Of a stretch of 64,000 nucleotides of DNA, positions 51,599 to 64,000 are shown piece after piece. Made by a program: the position numbers and the translations under genes. Every line of letters starts with the position of its first letter. Positions within the stretch are counted from its first letter, which is position 1. The notes under the pieces were generated by a model. It worked only from the letters and a program-made list of their open reading frames with translations, did no database searches and had not been told where the DNA came from. This stretch comes from Klebsiella pneumoniae (GTDB lineage: Bacteria; Pseudomonadota; Gammaproteobacteria; Burkholderiales; UBA3065): assembly GCA_945897555.1 (NCBI GenBank), contig CAMDGF010000004.1, positions 41,450 to 105,449 on the forward strand, written 5' to 3'.

Positions 51599-54331
51599 AT
51601 GAAGCGCATGTTGTTCAATGCGACGCAGGCTGAAGAGCTGCGCGTCGCCATCGTCGATGGTCAAAAACTCATCGACCTCGACATCGAGACGGCTGGCCGC
51701 GAGCAGCGCAAGTCGAATATCTACAAGGCCAAGATCACGCGCGTCGAGCCCAGCCTCGAAGCCGCCTTCGTCGACTACGGAACCGACCGCCACGGCTTTT
51801 TGCCGTTCAAGGAGATCACCAAGTCTGGCTTGGCCAACGACGCCGAGCCGGTCAAGGGCCGTCCGGCCGACTGGATCAAGGAGGGCCTCGAGCTCATCGT
51901 CCAGGTCGACAAGGACGAGCGCGGCAACAAGGGCGCCGCACTCACCACCTACATCAGCCTTGCCGGCCGTTATCTGGTGCTGATGCCCAATAACCCGCGC
52001 GGCGGCGGCGTGAGCCGGCGCATCGAGGGCGAAGACCGCAACGAACTGCGCGACCTCATCGGCCAGCTCGAGATCCCTTCGGGTATGAGCGTGATCGCGC
52101 GCACCGCCGGCATCGGCCGCACGCTCGAGGAGCTGCAGTGGGACTGCAACTACCTGCTGCAGCTCTGGCGTGCCATCGAGGGTGCCGCCGACAGCGCCCC
52201 GGCGCCGTTCCTGATCTATCAGGAGTCGAGCCTGGTGATCCGCGCCATCCGTGATTACTTCACTGCCGACATCGGCGAGATCCTCATCGACACGCCGGCC
52301 ATCCACGAGCAGGCCGAGCAGTTCATGAGCCACGTGATGCCCGGCAACGTCAACCGCGTCAAGCTCTACAGCGACGACGTGCCGCTGTTCTCGCGTTTCC
52401 AGATCGAGCACCAGATCGAGACCGCGTACTCGCGGCAGGTCAATCTGCCGTCGGGTGGGGCGATCGTCATCGACCACACCGAGGCGCTGGTCGCCATCGA
52501 CGTCAACTCGGCGCGCTCCACGCGCGGCTCAGACATCGAGGAGACCGCTTTCCGCACCAATCTGGAGGCCGCCGATGAGGTCGCCCGCCAGTTGCGCCTG
52601 CGCGACCTCGGTGGCCTGGTGGTGATCGACTTCATCGACATGGAATCGGCCAAGAACCAGCGCGAGGTGGAGAATCGCCTTAAGGACGCACTGCATCTCG
52701 ACCGTGCGCGCGTGCAGATGGGCAAGATCAGCCGCTTCGGCATGCTCGAGTTGAGCCGCCAGCGGTTGCGCCCGGCGCTCTCCGAGGGTAGCCACATCCC
52801 GTGCCCGCGCTGCCATGGCACCGGCTTTGTGCGTGACACCGAGTCGACCGCGCTGCACGTGCTGCGCATCCTGCAGGAAGAGTCGATGAAGGAGAACACC
52901 GCTGCCGTGCACGTCCAGGTGCCGGTGGATGTGGCCACCTTCCTGCTCAACGAGAAGCGCACCGACATCTGGGGCATGGAGGCGCGCCTCAAGGTCAACG
53001 TCATCGTCATCCCCAATACGCATCTGGAGACGCCGAACTACGAGGTCAAGCGCTTGCGTCACGACGATCTGCGCGACGCTGACCAGACCATCGCCAGTTA
53101 TCAGATGGCCGAGAAGCCCAAGGAAGAGGAGGAGTCCTCCAAGGGCAAGGAGCGCGAGCCGGTGCGTCAGGAGGCGGCGGTCAAGGGCATCACTCCGGCG
53201 CAGCCGGCGCCGGTGGTGTCGGCGCCTGCGCCGGTGTTGGCGCCGCCGCCGGCACCTGCGCCGTCGTCGGGCGGCATCCTCAGCAAGCTGTTCGGCTGGC
53301 TGGCGCCCAAGCCATCGGCGCCAGTGCCAGCGCCGGCCCCTGTGGTGGCTGTGCCGGCCAAGCGTAGCGAAGACCCGCAGCGCGGTGAGCGCGATGCAGG
53401 CCGTGGCGGACGTGGCCGCGGCGAGCGCGGTGGCCGTGGCCGTGGCCGTGGCGAAGGCGGCCGCAGTGAAGCCACCGAGAGCCGTGATCAGCGCCCGACC
53501 GAGGCGCGGGCCGAGCGCAACGATGGCCGGGCCAATCTGGCCCGTGGCGGCGAAGGTCGTGCCGAGAGCGGCCGAGGTCGCGACGGCCGTCCGCCGCGTG
53601 AGGAGCGTCAGCCTGAGGGTCGCCCGCCGCGTGAGGAGCGCGTCGAGGTTGCCGCAGCCGAGTCCATTGCCGCCGAGGGGCCCGGGGAAGGGCGTTCGCG
53701 CCGTCGCCGTCGCCGTCGTGGTGGTGGTGACCGCGACGGTGCGGCTCAGATCACGGAAAGCCGCGTCGAGCAGTCGCTCGAGGACGCCGCTGATGATGCG
53801 TTGGAGCTGGTCACACTCGACGAGATCGTGCCCGACCTGACTGCAACCGATGAGCCAGCCGAACCCGCTGTGGTGGATCCAGTGGCGGCCGAGGTGCCGG
53901 CCGCCTCGCCGACCACCACCTCGTCAGGCGCGCGCCAACGCCGTCCACGTCGAGCCGCCACCGAGCCCGTGCCCGAGATGGCCGAAGCCGTGGCAGTGGC
54001 AGACCCGGAAGCGCCGGAGGCCGCGGTTGTCGCCGTCGAGGTGGCGTCGCCCGAGCCGGAGGTGCCGGTGGCCGTGGTCGCAGCGGATGTCGAGCCCGAA
54101 GCGCCGGTGGCTGCATCCGCGCGCCGACGCACCCGCCCGGCACCCAAGATCGATATCCCGGTCGACCCCAACCTTGAGCAGGTCGAGACCGTGGCCGCCC
54201 CCGCGCCCGCCCCCGCGGCGGCCGCCGAGGCTGCGGTGCCGAAGGTGCGCAAGCCGCGTCCGCGTCGTGTGCCAGCCGCCAAGACAGAGGAAGAGACGCT
54301 CGAGCAGGTCGAGACCCGCGGCGGCGGTTGA
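51599..54331 (+). CDS. rne: Ribonuclease E
   Basis: [31 protein letters not shown]1 and catalytic domain ([20 protein letters not shown]), Zn-link CPRCHGTG, and an Arg/Pro/Glu-rich scaffold C-terminus. Confidence 0.96.
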   Translation: MKRMLFNATQAEELRVAIVDGQKLIDLDIETAGREQRKSNIYKAKITRVEPSLEAAFVDYGTDRHGFLPFKEITKSGLANDAEPVKGRPADWIKEGLELIVQVDKDERGNKGAALTTYISLAGRYLVLMPNNPRGGGVSRRIEGEDRNELRDLIGQLEIPSGMSVIARTAGIGRTLEELQWDCNYLLQLWRAIEGAADSAPAPFLIYQESSLVIRAIRDYFTADIGEILIDTPAIHEQAEQFMSHVMPGNVNRVKLYSDDVPLFSRFQIEHQIETAYSRQVNLPSGGAIVIDHTEALVAIDVNSARSTRGSDIEETAFRTNLEAADEVARQLRLRDLGGLVVIDFIDMESAKNQREVENRLKDALHLDRARVQMGKISRFGMLELSRQRLRPALSEGSHIPCPRCHGTGFVRDTESTALHVLRILQEESMKENTAAVHVQVPVDVATFLLNEKRTDIWGMEARLKVNVIVIPNTHLETPNYEVKRLRHDDLRDADQTIASYQMAEKPKEEEESSKGKEREPVRQEAAVKGITPAQPAPVVSAPAPVLAPPPAPAPSSGGILSKLFGWLAPKPSAPVPAPAPVVAVPAKRSEDPQRGERDAGRGGRGRGERGGRGRGRGEGGRSEATESRDQRPTEARAERNDGRANLARGGEGRAESGRGRDGRPPREERQPEGRPPREERVEVAAAESIAAEGPGEGRSRRRRRRRGGGDRDGAAQITESRVEQSLEDAADDALELVTLDEIVPDLTATDEPAEPAVVDPVAAEVPAASPTTTSSGARQRRPRRAATEPVPEMAEAVAVADPEAPEAAVVAVEVASPEPEVPVAVVAADVEPEAPVAASARRRTRPAPKIDIPVDPNLEQVETVAAPAPAPAAAAEAAVPKVRKPRPRRVPAAKTEEETLEQVETRGGG

Positions 54332-54334
54332 GCC

Positions 54335-55381
54335 ATGTCGACGCCCACCACCTCTGCCGCCGCTGCGTCGCCCCCGGGCGGAACGGCAGCGGGTGGCGGC
54401 TTTTGCCGGCTCGAGAGCTTCGCTGTCAGTGTGGCCACCGGCGACGATGCGTGTGCCTTCCTCAACGGTCAGCTCTCCAGCGACGTCAAGACGCTGGCTG
54501 CGGGTCGGTGGCAGCCTTCGAGCTACAGCACGCCCAAAGGGCGCGCTCTGGCCACTTTTATCGTGGCGGCTCAGGATGCTGCGGCGGGTGCAGCGTTCTG
54601 GCTGGTCACTCGGCGCAGCGTGGCCGAATCCACCTTCAAGCGTCTCGGCATGTTCGTGATGCGCAGCAAGGTGCATTGGGCGCATCAGGCGCACGTGGTG
54701 CTTGGGGCTCAGGGCAGCGCCGCAGGTCAGCAGGTCGCAGCATTGCTGGGCAGCGGTGCACCGGCCGCCGGTGAGTGCCGCACGCCGGTCGAGGGTTCGC
54801 CCTTGGCCGGCTGGGTCGGTGAGGCGTCTGCCCTGGTGCTGGGTCTCGGTGCTGATTCCTGGTGGCTGCTGCTGCCAGCGCCGGTCGCGGACACCGTCGC
54901 CGATGCATGGCAGCCATCGCTCGCCGAGATGAGCACGCTTGCTTGGGACAGCGTCGAGATCGCGGCGGGTCGTGCCTGGGTGGAGGAGGGCACGCGCGAG
55001 GCCTTCGTGCCGCAGATGCTCAACCTCGACCTCACCGCTGGCATCAGCTTCAAGAAGGGTTGCTATCCGGGCCAGGAGATCGTCGCCCGCACCCATTACC
55101 TGGGCAAGGTCAAGCGGCGGATGTTGCGTTTTGCCGTGGCGTGGGATGCCGCTACCCCGCTGCCGCAGCCTGGCGATGCGGTGCATGCAGCAGGCGATGC
55201 CGATCAGGCACTCGGCCAGCTGGTATTGGCCGCGCCGCTGGACGACGACCACTTGCAGTTGCTCGTGGTGCTGCAGATGGACCTCGCCGGGGGGGCTGAA
55301 CTGTGCCTCGGCGGGGCCGACAGGCCTGCGCTCACGCCGCTGGACCTGCCCTACGCGCTCGAACCTGCTGGAGCGTCTTAG
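54335..55381 (+). CDS. ygfZ: Folate-binding Fe-S cluster repair/tRNA-modification protein YgfZ (CAF17 family)
   Basis: GDDACAFLNGQLSSDV and the signature KGCYPGQEIVARTHYLGKVKRRM. Confidence 0.85.
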   Translation: MSTPTTSAAAASPPGGTAAGGGFCRLESFAVSVATGDDACAFLNGQLSSDVKTLAAGRWQPSSYSTPKGRALATFIVAAQDAAAGAAFWLVTRRSVAESTFKRLGMFVMRSKVHWAHQAHVVLGAQGSAAGQQVAALLGSGAPAAGECRTPVEGSPLAGWVGEASALVLGLGADSWWLLLPAPVADTVADAWQPSLAEMSTLAWDSVEIAAGRAWVEEGTREAFVPQMLNLDLTAGISFKKGCYPGQEIVARTHYLGKVKRRMLRFAVAWDAATPLPQPGDAVHAAGDADQALGQLVLAAPLDDDHLQLLVVLQMDLAGGAELCLGGADRPALTPLDLPYALEPAGAS

Positions 55382-55545
55382 CCGCGCTGTGCGGGGCGGC
55401 CGGTGCGTTGCACCGAACTTGCCGGCAGTGGCTTTGGCCCACTCTGCATGCGAGGCGCAGCAGCCGGAGCCATCGGTCATCTGGCCGAAGATGGGGGGCG
55501 CCCTGCGTGCAATAATCCGCGCCACACATCACCCAGGAGACCTTC

Positions 55546-56574
55546 ATGGACGACAACCGCGCTAAGGCGCTGGCCGCGGCCCTTTCCCAGATCGAGAAGC
55601 AGTTCGGCAAGGGCTCCATCATGAAGCTCTCCGACGGCAGCGTCGAGAACGATATCCAGGCTGTCTCCACGGGCTCGCTCGGCCTCGACATCGCGCTCGG
55701 CATCGGTGGCCTGCCGCGCGGCCGCGTGGTCGAGATCTACGGTCCGGAATCGTCGGGCAAGACTACGCTCACCCTGCAGGTGATCGCCGAGATGCAGAAG
55801 ATCGGAGGCACTGCCGCTTTCATCGACGCCGAACACGCGCTCGATACGAGTTACGCGCAGAAACTTGGCGTCAACATCGGCGATCTGCTCATCTCGCAGC
55901 CCGACACCGGTGAACAAGCACTCGAGATCGCCGACATGCTGGTACGCTCGGGCGGCGTCGACATCGTCGTCATCGACTCGGTGGCTGCACTCACGCCCAA
56001 GGCCGAGATCGAAGGCGAGATGGGCGATCAGCTGCCCGGCCTGCAGGCGCGGTTGATGAGCCAAGCGTTGCGCAAGCTCACCGCCAACATCAAGCGCACC
56101 AACACCCTGGTCATCTTCATCAACCAGATCCGCATGAAGATCGGCGTGATGTTTGGCAATCCGGAGACCACCACCGGGGGCAACGCGCTCAAGTTCTACG
56201 CCAGTGTGCGCATGGACATCCGCCGCATCGGCGCGATCAAGAAGTCCGACGAGGTGATCGGCTCCGAGACGCGTGTCAAAGTGGTCAAGAACAAGGTCGC
56301 ACCGCCGTTCCGCGAAGCCTTGTTCGACATCCTCTACGGCGAGGGCATCTCCCGCGAGGGCGAGATCATCGAGCTCGGCGTGGCACACAACATCGTCGAA
56401 AAGTCCGGCAGCTGGTACGCCTATGGTGGTGACCGCATCGGCCAAGGCAAGGACAATGCGCGGGAGTACCTGCGTGAGCATCCAGCCATCGCCGCCGAGA
56501 TCGAGGCCAAGGTCCGTGATGTGGTGGGCGTCAAGCCGGCCATGGCCAGTGTGGCCGGCGGTGGCGCCGACTAA
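55546..56574 (+). CDS. recA: Recombinase RecA
   Basis: 342 aa with [11 protein letters not shown], Walker [11 protein letters not shown] and [32 protein letters not shown]. Confidence 0.98.
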   Translation: MDDNRAKALAAALSQIEKQFGKGSIMKLSDGSVENDIQAVSTGSLGLDIALGIGGLPRGRVVEIYGPESSGKTTLTLQVIAEMQKIGGTAAFIDAEHALDTSYAQKLGVNIGDLLISQPDTGEQALEIADMLVRSGGVDIVVIDSVAALTPKAEIEGEMGDQLPGLQARLMSQALRKLTANIKRTNTLVIFINQIRMKIGVMFGNPETTTGGNALKFYASVRMDIRRIGAIKKSDEVIGSETRVKVVKNKVAPPFREALFDILYGEGISREGEIIELGVAHNIVEKSGSWYAYGGDRIGQGKDNAREYLREHPAIAAEIEAKVRDVVGVKPAMASVAGGGAD

Positions 56575-57142
56575 GCCGCCGCGCAAGTCGACCAGCACGC
56601 TGCAGCGAGCCGTGCGTATGCTCGCGCGGCGCGATATGAGCCGAACCGAGCTGGCCACCCGTCTTGGCGCCGGCCGGCGGCAGGCCGATGCGCTTGATGC
56701 GATAGCCGCCGGGGACGCTCTGGCGGCGCAAGAGGAGGGCCCGGTGGGCGCGCGGCAGTCCAGCCCGTCACCCACCCCGGCGGAGATCGATGCCGCGCTC
56801 GATCGCCTGGCGGCCATCGGTCTGCAGTCCGACAGCCGCTTCGCCGAGAACTATGTGCGCGGCCGGCAGGCCCGCACCGGTAGCCGCCGGTTGGCAGCAG
56901 AGCTCAAGCAGAAGGGCGTCGACAGCGACATCATCGGCGAGGCGCTGGCGGGCATCGGTGACTCCGATCTGCAGCGAGCTCGCGAGCTGTGGAGTCGCCG
57001 CTTCACGGCCTCGCGCGATCCGCGCGAGCGCGCCCGACAGATGCGCTTTCTTGCCGCGAGGGGCTTCGATCTCGCGGTGATCCGTACGCTGATGGGCGAA
57101 GTGGCGGAGGGCCATCCGCCGGACGACGTCGACACCGACTAG
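56561..57142 (+). CDS. recX: Recombination regulator RecX
   Basis: [22 protein letters not shown]..., then repeated three-helix units ([38 protein letters not shown]). GTG start (56561 or 56549) overlaps the recA 3' end. Confidence 0.8.
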   Translation: MAPTKPPRKSTSTLQRAVRMLARRDMSRTELATRLGAGRRQADALDAIAAGDALAAQEEGPVGARQSSPSPTPAEIDAALDRLAAIGLQSDSRFAENYVRGRQARTGSRRLAAELKQKGVDSDIIGEALAGIGDSDLQRARELWSRRFTASRDPRERARQMRFLAARGFDLAVIRTLMGEVAEGHPPDDVDTD

Positions 57143-57208
57143 GCCGGCCGCCGGCTCGCGTCCATCGGCTGGCACTGGAGTCGGCGTGGCCGCGAGCAAA
57201 CGAGCAGC

Positions 57209-58144
57209 CTAGAACCCGAGGTCGAAGCAGCGTCCGCCGATGCAACGCAAGCGCTGGAGGCGGGCCAGAGCGGCCTTGCGAGCGTCTTCGGCGCGGCGAG
57301 CCTCCTCTGCCTCCGCTTCCGCCCGCTTTCGGGCGTCCTCCTCGGCCTGCACGCGGGCCTTCTCCTCAGCGGCCAGCCGCGCTGCCTCGTCGGCGGCTGC
57401 CTGTTCGCGGGCGACTCTCTCTGCCTCAAGGCGCGCTGCACGCACCGCTTCGGGCTCGCGCAGCGCCAGCGTGACCGGGCTGCCGTTGGCAGCGGCGACG
57501 AGCGCGGCGTCTGGGTCGAGCACGCGGGCCTTGCGGCCGCTGCCGATCACATATTGGTCCTCGCATCGCGTCTCACGCACATCGCCGCGTGACACCGGGC
57601 AGGGCACGTCGACGCGCCGCGGCAGATTGGCAAAACGTTCGCAGGCTGCGTACACGGTCTTCACCGCGGCATCCTCCGGGCTGCTGGCGCGGCGGCGCGG
57701 GGCCGGGGCGCCAGCGATCATCATGCGCCCGGTACCGTACTCGACGCACTCCCGCTGGCGCAGCGGCATCCCGGCGAGGTAGGTGTCCCATCGCTCGCGC
57801 ATGAGACTGGCATCGGCTTGCACCTTGATGTCGCGGAAGTAGCGGCCGCTACAACCCGACACCGAGAGTGACCCGTAGAAACGGAAGCGCCCTTCCCAGC
57901 GGATGGTCTGTGCGCCATCGGTGCGGGGGGTGTAGCCGACCACCGTCTCAAAGTGCGGCGGTGCGAGTTCGCGCTCGATCCGGCTGCCGTCGGGCAGCTG
58001 GATCTCGATGTTGCAGGGTTGATCGCCTGAGGGCGTGACCTGGATGCGCAACGGGGTCTCCCGGCCGACCACAAAATCGGCGGCGAGCGTCAGCGTGGGC
58101 AGCAGCAGTGCAAGCGCCGCCCAAAGACTGCGCACCCGGCGCAC
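57209..58144 (-). CDS. Hypothetical exported protein with a Cys-containing N-terminal domain and an Ala/Glu/Arg coiled-coil tail
   Basis: GTG start (58144 or 58135) gives the signal peptide VRRVRSLWAALALLLPTLTLAADF. I recognise no family. It starts 5 nt after the stop of the upstream hybrid kinase, so it is probably co-transcribed. Confidence 0.55.
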   Translation of the reverse strand: MRRVRSLWAALALLLPTLTLAADFVVGRETPLRIQVTPSGDQPCNIEIQLPDGSRIERELAPPHFETVVGYTPRTDGAQTIRWEGRFRFYGSLSVSGCSGRYFRDIKVQADASLMRERWDTYLAGMPLRQRECVEYGTGRMMIAGAPAPRRRASSPEDAAVKTVYAACERFANLPRRVDVPCPVSRGDVRETRCEDQYVIGSGRKARVLDPDAALVAAANGSPVTLALREPEAVRAARLEAERVAREQAAADEAARLAAEEKARVQAEEDARKRAEAEAEEARRAEDARKAALARLQRLRCIGGRCFDLGF

Positions 58145-58148
58145 TGGA

Positions 58149-61016
<2,868 letters not shown>

Positions 61017-61151
61017 AGCGGCCTAGAGCCGCGGCAGTCTGGGGACCCGAGTATTACCACGGAGCAGGAACTTATTAAACCATTCTCGTAAAATGGTCTA
61101 GGCGCCGCTCTGGGACGGGCCTGTCAAGACAGGGCCCACATGACGCGCAGG

Positions 61152-61227
61152 TGGTGCCGGCAAGAGGAGTCGAACCCCCGACCTTCGCATTACGAATGCG
61201 CTGCTCTACCAACTGAGCTATGCCGGC
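61152..61227 (-). tRNA. tRNA-Thr (anticodon CGU)
   Basis: The reverse complement is GCCGGCATAGCTCAGTTGGTAGAGCAGCGCATTCGTAATGCGAAGGTCGGGGGTTCGACTCCTCTTGCCGGCACCA: 76 nt, a cloverleaf, near-identical in the D and anticodon arms to E. coli thrW as I recall it. Confidence 0.92.
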
Positions 61228-61317
61228 GCGGCGGCGATTGTAACCCGTAGGCGGTCTGGCGCCAAAGGCCCCTCGCACCCGTGCCAGCAGCGAGTGGCCA
61301 GAGCCACCCGCCCTTAC

Positions 61318-61749
61318 TCAAGCAGTGGCTGCTTCGGACTTGCGGACGCGCAAGGTCAGATCGATGCGCTCGACATGAAAGCCGTTGGCGATGCTCTCGA
61401 TCGGGAAACCTTCGAGCACATCCATGGGGATGTCGTGCAGCGTATCGCTCTCAAGATCGTGCAGGTGCAGGTGCGGCTCGGTGTTGGGGTCATACAGGGT
61501 CACGCCCGACTGCGAGGTCACGGTCTGTAGCAGGCCGCGATCGACGAACAGATTGAGCGTGTTGTAGACCGTCGCACGTGATACACGGGGACGACTCTGG
61601 TTGACGATGCTGAAGACCTGCTCGGCCGACAGATGCTCGCGCCGGGTCATGATCAACTCGGCGATTCGCAGGCGCGGGTAGGTGGTGTTGACGCCAAGGC
61701 CTCGCAGGAGGCTTGAGATGGCGTCCGGACTGATGAGGGGTCCGTTCAT
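61318..61749 (-). CDS. Fur-family transcriptional regulator lacking the usual Cys ligands
   Basis: Winged-helix block RLRIAELIMTRREHLSAEQVF...SRATVYNTLNLFVDRGLL and a His-rich block EPHLHLHDLESDTLHD. No cysteine anywhere. Start taken at MNGPLIS; the track ORF starts 11 codons upstream at 61782. Confidence 0.7.
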   Translation of the reverse strand: MNGPLISPDAISSLLRGLGVNTTYPRLRIAELIMTRREHLSAEQVFSIVNQSRPRVSRATVYNTLNLFVDRGLLQTVTSQSGVTLYDPNTEPHLHLHDLESDTLHDIPMDVLEGFPIESIANGFHVERIDLTLRVRKSEAATA

Positions 61750-61885
61750 GGCCGTAGTCCTTTCATCACGGGTGTCATCCAAACACGACAGTCTGAATGT
61801 AAGGTGATGTGGACATTAGGTCGCTAAACGATCGCTCTGTCAAGCGTCCAGATGGCTTTTTTTGGAGTCGCCGTTGCGAGGCGGT

Positions 61886-62182
61886 TCAGGCCTCCTCGCT
61901 TGACCCGGCTGCCGTGCACCGGGCCAGTGAGCGGGCCGTCTTACGCTCCAGCGTCAGTTGCAGTTCCTCGAGGCTGGCGTCGACGAATCCTGCCGCCACC
62001 AGCGCTGTGATGACCACGTCACAGACCTCCTCGATCACCGCCTCGCGCGGCATCTGCCGGGTCCAGGTGCGTGCCAGTTCGCCGGTCTCTTCGGCCAGTT
62101 TGACGAGGTTGCGCTCCGGGCTGTTGCCGGGGATGTCGCGGGCGATACGGGTGGCCGCTTGCAGCAGTCGATCGAGGTCCAT
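61886..62182 (-). CDS. MazG-like nucleotide pyrophosphohydrolase-domain protein (small)
   Basis: Start trimmed to MDLDRLLQAATRIARDIPG. NLVKLAEETGELA...EEVCDVVITAL resembles the EExxE...D four-helix MazG fold. Weak, pattern-based call. Confidence 0.45.
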   Translation of the reverse strand: MDLDRLLQAATRIARDIPGNSPERNLVKLAEETGELARTWTRQMPREAVIEEVCDVVITALVAAGFVDASLEELQLTLERKTARSLARCTAAGSSEEA

Positions 62183-62324
62183 GGGTCCGGGAGGTGCTGT
62201 CGGGAGCGTCCGATTCTGCCATGCACCCCCGACCCGCCCATGACGGCGGGTGGGATCATCGCGAGTGGCGATGTGCACGCAGCCTGCTTTCTCGCGCCCC
62301 GACAGCAGTTGTATGCTCTCTCGC

Positions 62325-63512
62325 ATGGACGACGGGCACTTTGATCACGATCATTTCATTGCCGCGCACAGCGCCGGCTGGACTGCCCTGCGCCGCGATC
62401 TGCACGCCCACCCCGAGCTCGCCTTCGCCGAGCATCGCACTGCCGATCTGGTGGCGGCGCGGCTCGAAGCAGCTGGCATCGCAGTGCGTCGTGGCTTCGC
62501 CGATACCGGTGTGGTCGGTCTGGTGGAGGGCCATCAGCCCGGCCCGATGATCGGCTTGCGTGCCGACATGGACGCGCTGCCCTTGCACGAGCGCAACGAT
62601 TTCGCGCATCGCTCCGTGCACGTCGGGCGCATGCACGCCTGCGGCCACGATGGCCACACCGCCATGTTGCTGGCGGCCGCCGAGACGCTTGCTGCGGCGC
62701 CCGACTTCGCCGGTCGCGTCGCCTTCATCTTCCAGCCGGCCGAAGAGGGTGATGGCGGCGCCCGCCGCATGATGGACGAGGGGCTGTTCGCCGACTTCCC
62801 CTGCGAGGAGGTCTACGCGCTGCACAACTGGCCCGGGCTCGAGGCCGGCTGCTTTGCCGTGCACCGCGGGCCGGTGATGGCCTCGGCCGACCAGTTCGAC
62901 ATCACCCTGCGCGGGCGCGGCGCGCATGCCGCCATGCCGCATCAGGGGCTGGACCCGGTCACCGCCGCCGCGGCGCTGGTGCAGACCCTGCAGACGGTGG
63001 TGAGCCGGCGCACCGACCCGCTGCGCGCCGGTGTGGTCAGCGTCACTCGCATGCAGGCCGGCGAGGCCTACAACGTCATCCCGGAGACGGTGACCATCGG
63101 CGGCACCGTGCGCGCGCTCGACAACACCGTGCGCGATGCGCTGCAGGCGCAGATCACGGCGGCGGCCGAGGGCATCGCCGCGGCCCACGGGTTGCACGCG
63201 ACGGTGGACTACCGGCGCGGCTATCCGGCCACCGTCAACCACGCCGCTCAGGCCGATTTTGCCGGGGCGGTGGCGGCGGCGCTGGTCGGCCAGCAGCATG
63301 TGCGCCGCGATATGGACCCGTCGATGGGCGCCGAGGACTTCGGCTTCATGCTCATGGACAAGCCCGGCGCCTACCTGTGGATCGGCAACGGCCCGGGCAG
63401 TGGCGGCTGCATGCTGCACAACCCGCTCTACGACTTCAACGACGACATCCTGCCGCTTGGCGTGCGCTTTTGGCGGGCGTTGGTGCTTGCTCGGCTGCCA
63501 TTGGCGGTCTAG
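62325..63512 (+). CDS. M20-family amidohydrolase (hippurate hydrolase / N-acyl-L-amino-acid amidohydrolase-like)
   Basis: LRRDLHAHPELAFAEHRTA, GLRADMDALP, HACGHDGH and FQPAEEG are typical M20D motifs. Start at ATG 62325; an alternative is at 62313. Confidence 0.85.
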   Translation: MDDGHFDHDHFIAAHSAGWTALRRDLHAHPELAFAEHRTADLVAARLEAAGIAVRRGFADTGVVGLVEGHQPGPMIGLRADMDALPLHERNDFAHRSVHVGRMHACGHDGHTAMLLAAAETLAAAPDFAGRVAFIFQPAEEGDGGARRMMDEGLFADFPCEEVYALHNWPGLEAGCFAVHRGPVMASADQFDITLRGRGAHAAMPHQGLDPVTAAAALVQTLQTVVSRRTDPLRAGVVSVTRMQAGEAYNVIPETVTIGGTVRALDNTVRDALQAQITAAAEGIAAAHGLHATVDYRRGYPATVNHAAQADFAGAVAAALVGQQHVRRDMDPSMGAEDFGFMLMDKPGAYLWIGNGPGSGGCMLHNPLYDFNDDILPLGVRFWRALVLARLPLAV

Positions 63513-63579
63513 CGGAGCACCGACGCACTGACGCTCTCATGCTCACTGTGGGGCCTACCCCCGCAGCGAGCGCGGCGCG

Positions 63580-64000
63580 TCAGGGCTCTCTGGAGCCCTC
63601 TGCCAGTTCCCGCGCCACCTGCTTGCCCAGCTCCACGCCCCATTGGTCGAAGGGGTTGATGTGCCACACGCACGCTTGCGTGAACACCTTGTGCTCATAG
63701 CAGGTCAATAGCGCACCGAGTGATTCGGCATCGAGTGTGGCGGCGCGGATGAGGCTGACCGGCTGTCCGCCAGGCAGCACGCCATGCTCACCCGGCGCGC
63801 CAGCCACCCGGCCTCCGGTGTGCAGCACCTGAGCTTGTGCCAGCGCATTGGCGTTGAGCGCAGGCTCGAGCGCTGCCGTCTCGTCGAACAGGATGATGTC
63901 GGCTGGCAGCAGGACCGTGCCCTGGTGCAGCAGCTGCATGAAGGCATGCTGTGCATGGCAGCCCGCTGCGCCAAAGATCACGCCCCCGGTGTCCCAGGCC
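63580..64000 (-). CDS. pgi: Glucose-6-phosphate isomerase, C-terminal part; the gene runs off the right edge
   Basis: ...QHAFMQLLHQGT... and LLTCYEHKVFTQACVWHINPFDQWGVELGKQVA match the PGI C-terminus. The reading frame stays open to nt 64000. Confidence 0.88.
   Translation of the reverse strand, partial: AWDTGGVIFGAAGCHAQHAFMQLLHQGTVLLPADIILFDETAALEPALNANALAQAQVLHTGGRVAGAPGEHGVLPGGQPVSLIRAATLDAESLGALLTCYEHKVFTQACVWHINPFDQWGVELGKQVARELAEGSREP

Noticed and set aside
53380-53660. Short tandem DNA repeats (GGCCGT x3; CCGCCGCGTGAGGAGCG twice) inside rne
   Set aside because: They encode the RGRGRG and RPPREER motifs of the RNase E Arg-rich scaffold, so this is coding low-complexity sequence and not an independent repeat element.
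55382-55545. Expected LexA/SOS box upstream of recA
   Set aside because: I searched by eye for CTGT-N8-ACAG-type dyads and found none convincing. It cannot be called without a matrix scan.
61079-61140. Inverted repeats ACCATT-N7-AATGGT (61079-61097) and GGGCCTGTC..GACAGGGCCC (~61120-61140) between the kinase start and tRNA-Thr
   Set aside because: They could be a tRNA-Thr terminator, a kinase operator or chance. The stems are short or imperfect and lack a clear U-run, so the evidence is insufficient to annotate.

Overview
This is a very GC-rich chromosomal segment with betaproteobacterial (Burkholderiales-like) gene order. About 90% of it is conserved housekeeping genes in familiar syntenic blocks. 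These are: lolA-rarA; a Fe(III) ABC importer preceded by a Fur-box-like palindrome; rsmB-DUF3108-purN-purM; ndk-rlmN-pilW-ispG-hisS-yfgM-bamB-der-hfq-hflX-hflK-hflC-hisZ-purA; rnr-rlmB-rpsF-rpsR-rplI on the opposite strand; dnaB; queF/algC; smc-zipA-ligA; hpt-MTAP-def; sppA-HAD-rluC divergent from rne-ygfZ; recA-recX; and the start of pgi. There are also tRNA-Leu(CAG) and tRNA-Thr(CGU). I saw no rRNA, CRISPR array, transposase, integrase or recognisable defence island. Accessory material sits in small pockets: (i) three copies of a ~90-nt imperfect-palindrome repeat, an inverted pair after rlmN and one copy after purA; (ii) two complete PIN-toxin TA modules plus one truncated AbrB-type antitoxin remnant; (iii) a divergent pair of paralogous XRE-type regulators next to tRNA-Leu, separated by an AT-rich spacer; (iv) a hybrid sensor kinase whose membrane module aligns with the plant ETR1 ethylene-binding domain, Cu-ligand Cys/His included, co-oriented with an orphan exported protein. 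The kinase is the best candidate for something new, but such domains have already been predicted in bacteria. I found no clearly undescribed multi-gene system. Many long ORFs in the supplied track are antisense artefacts of the high GC content and are not reported.
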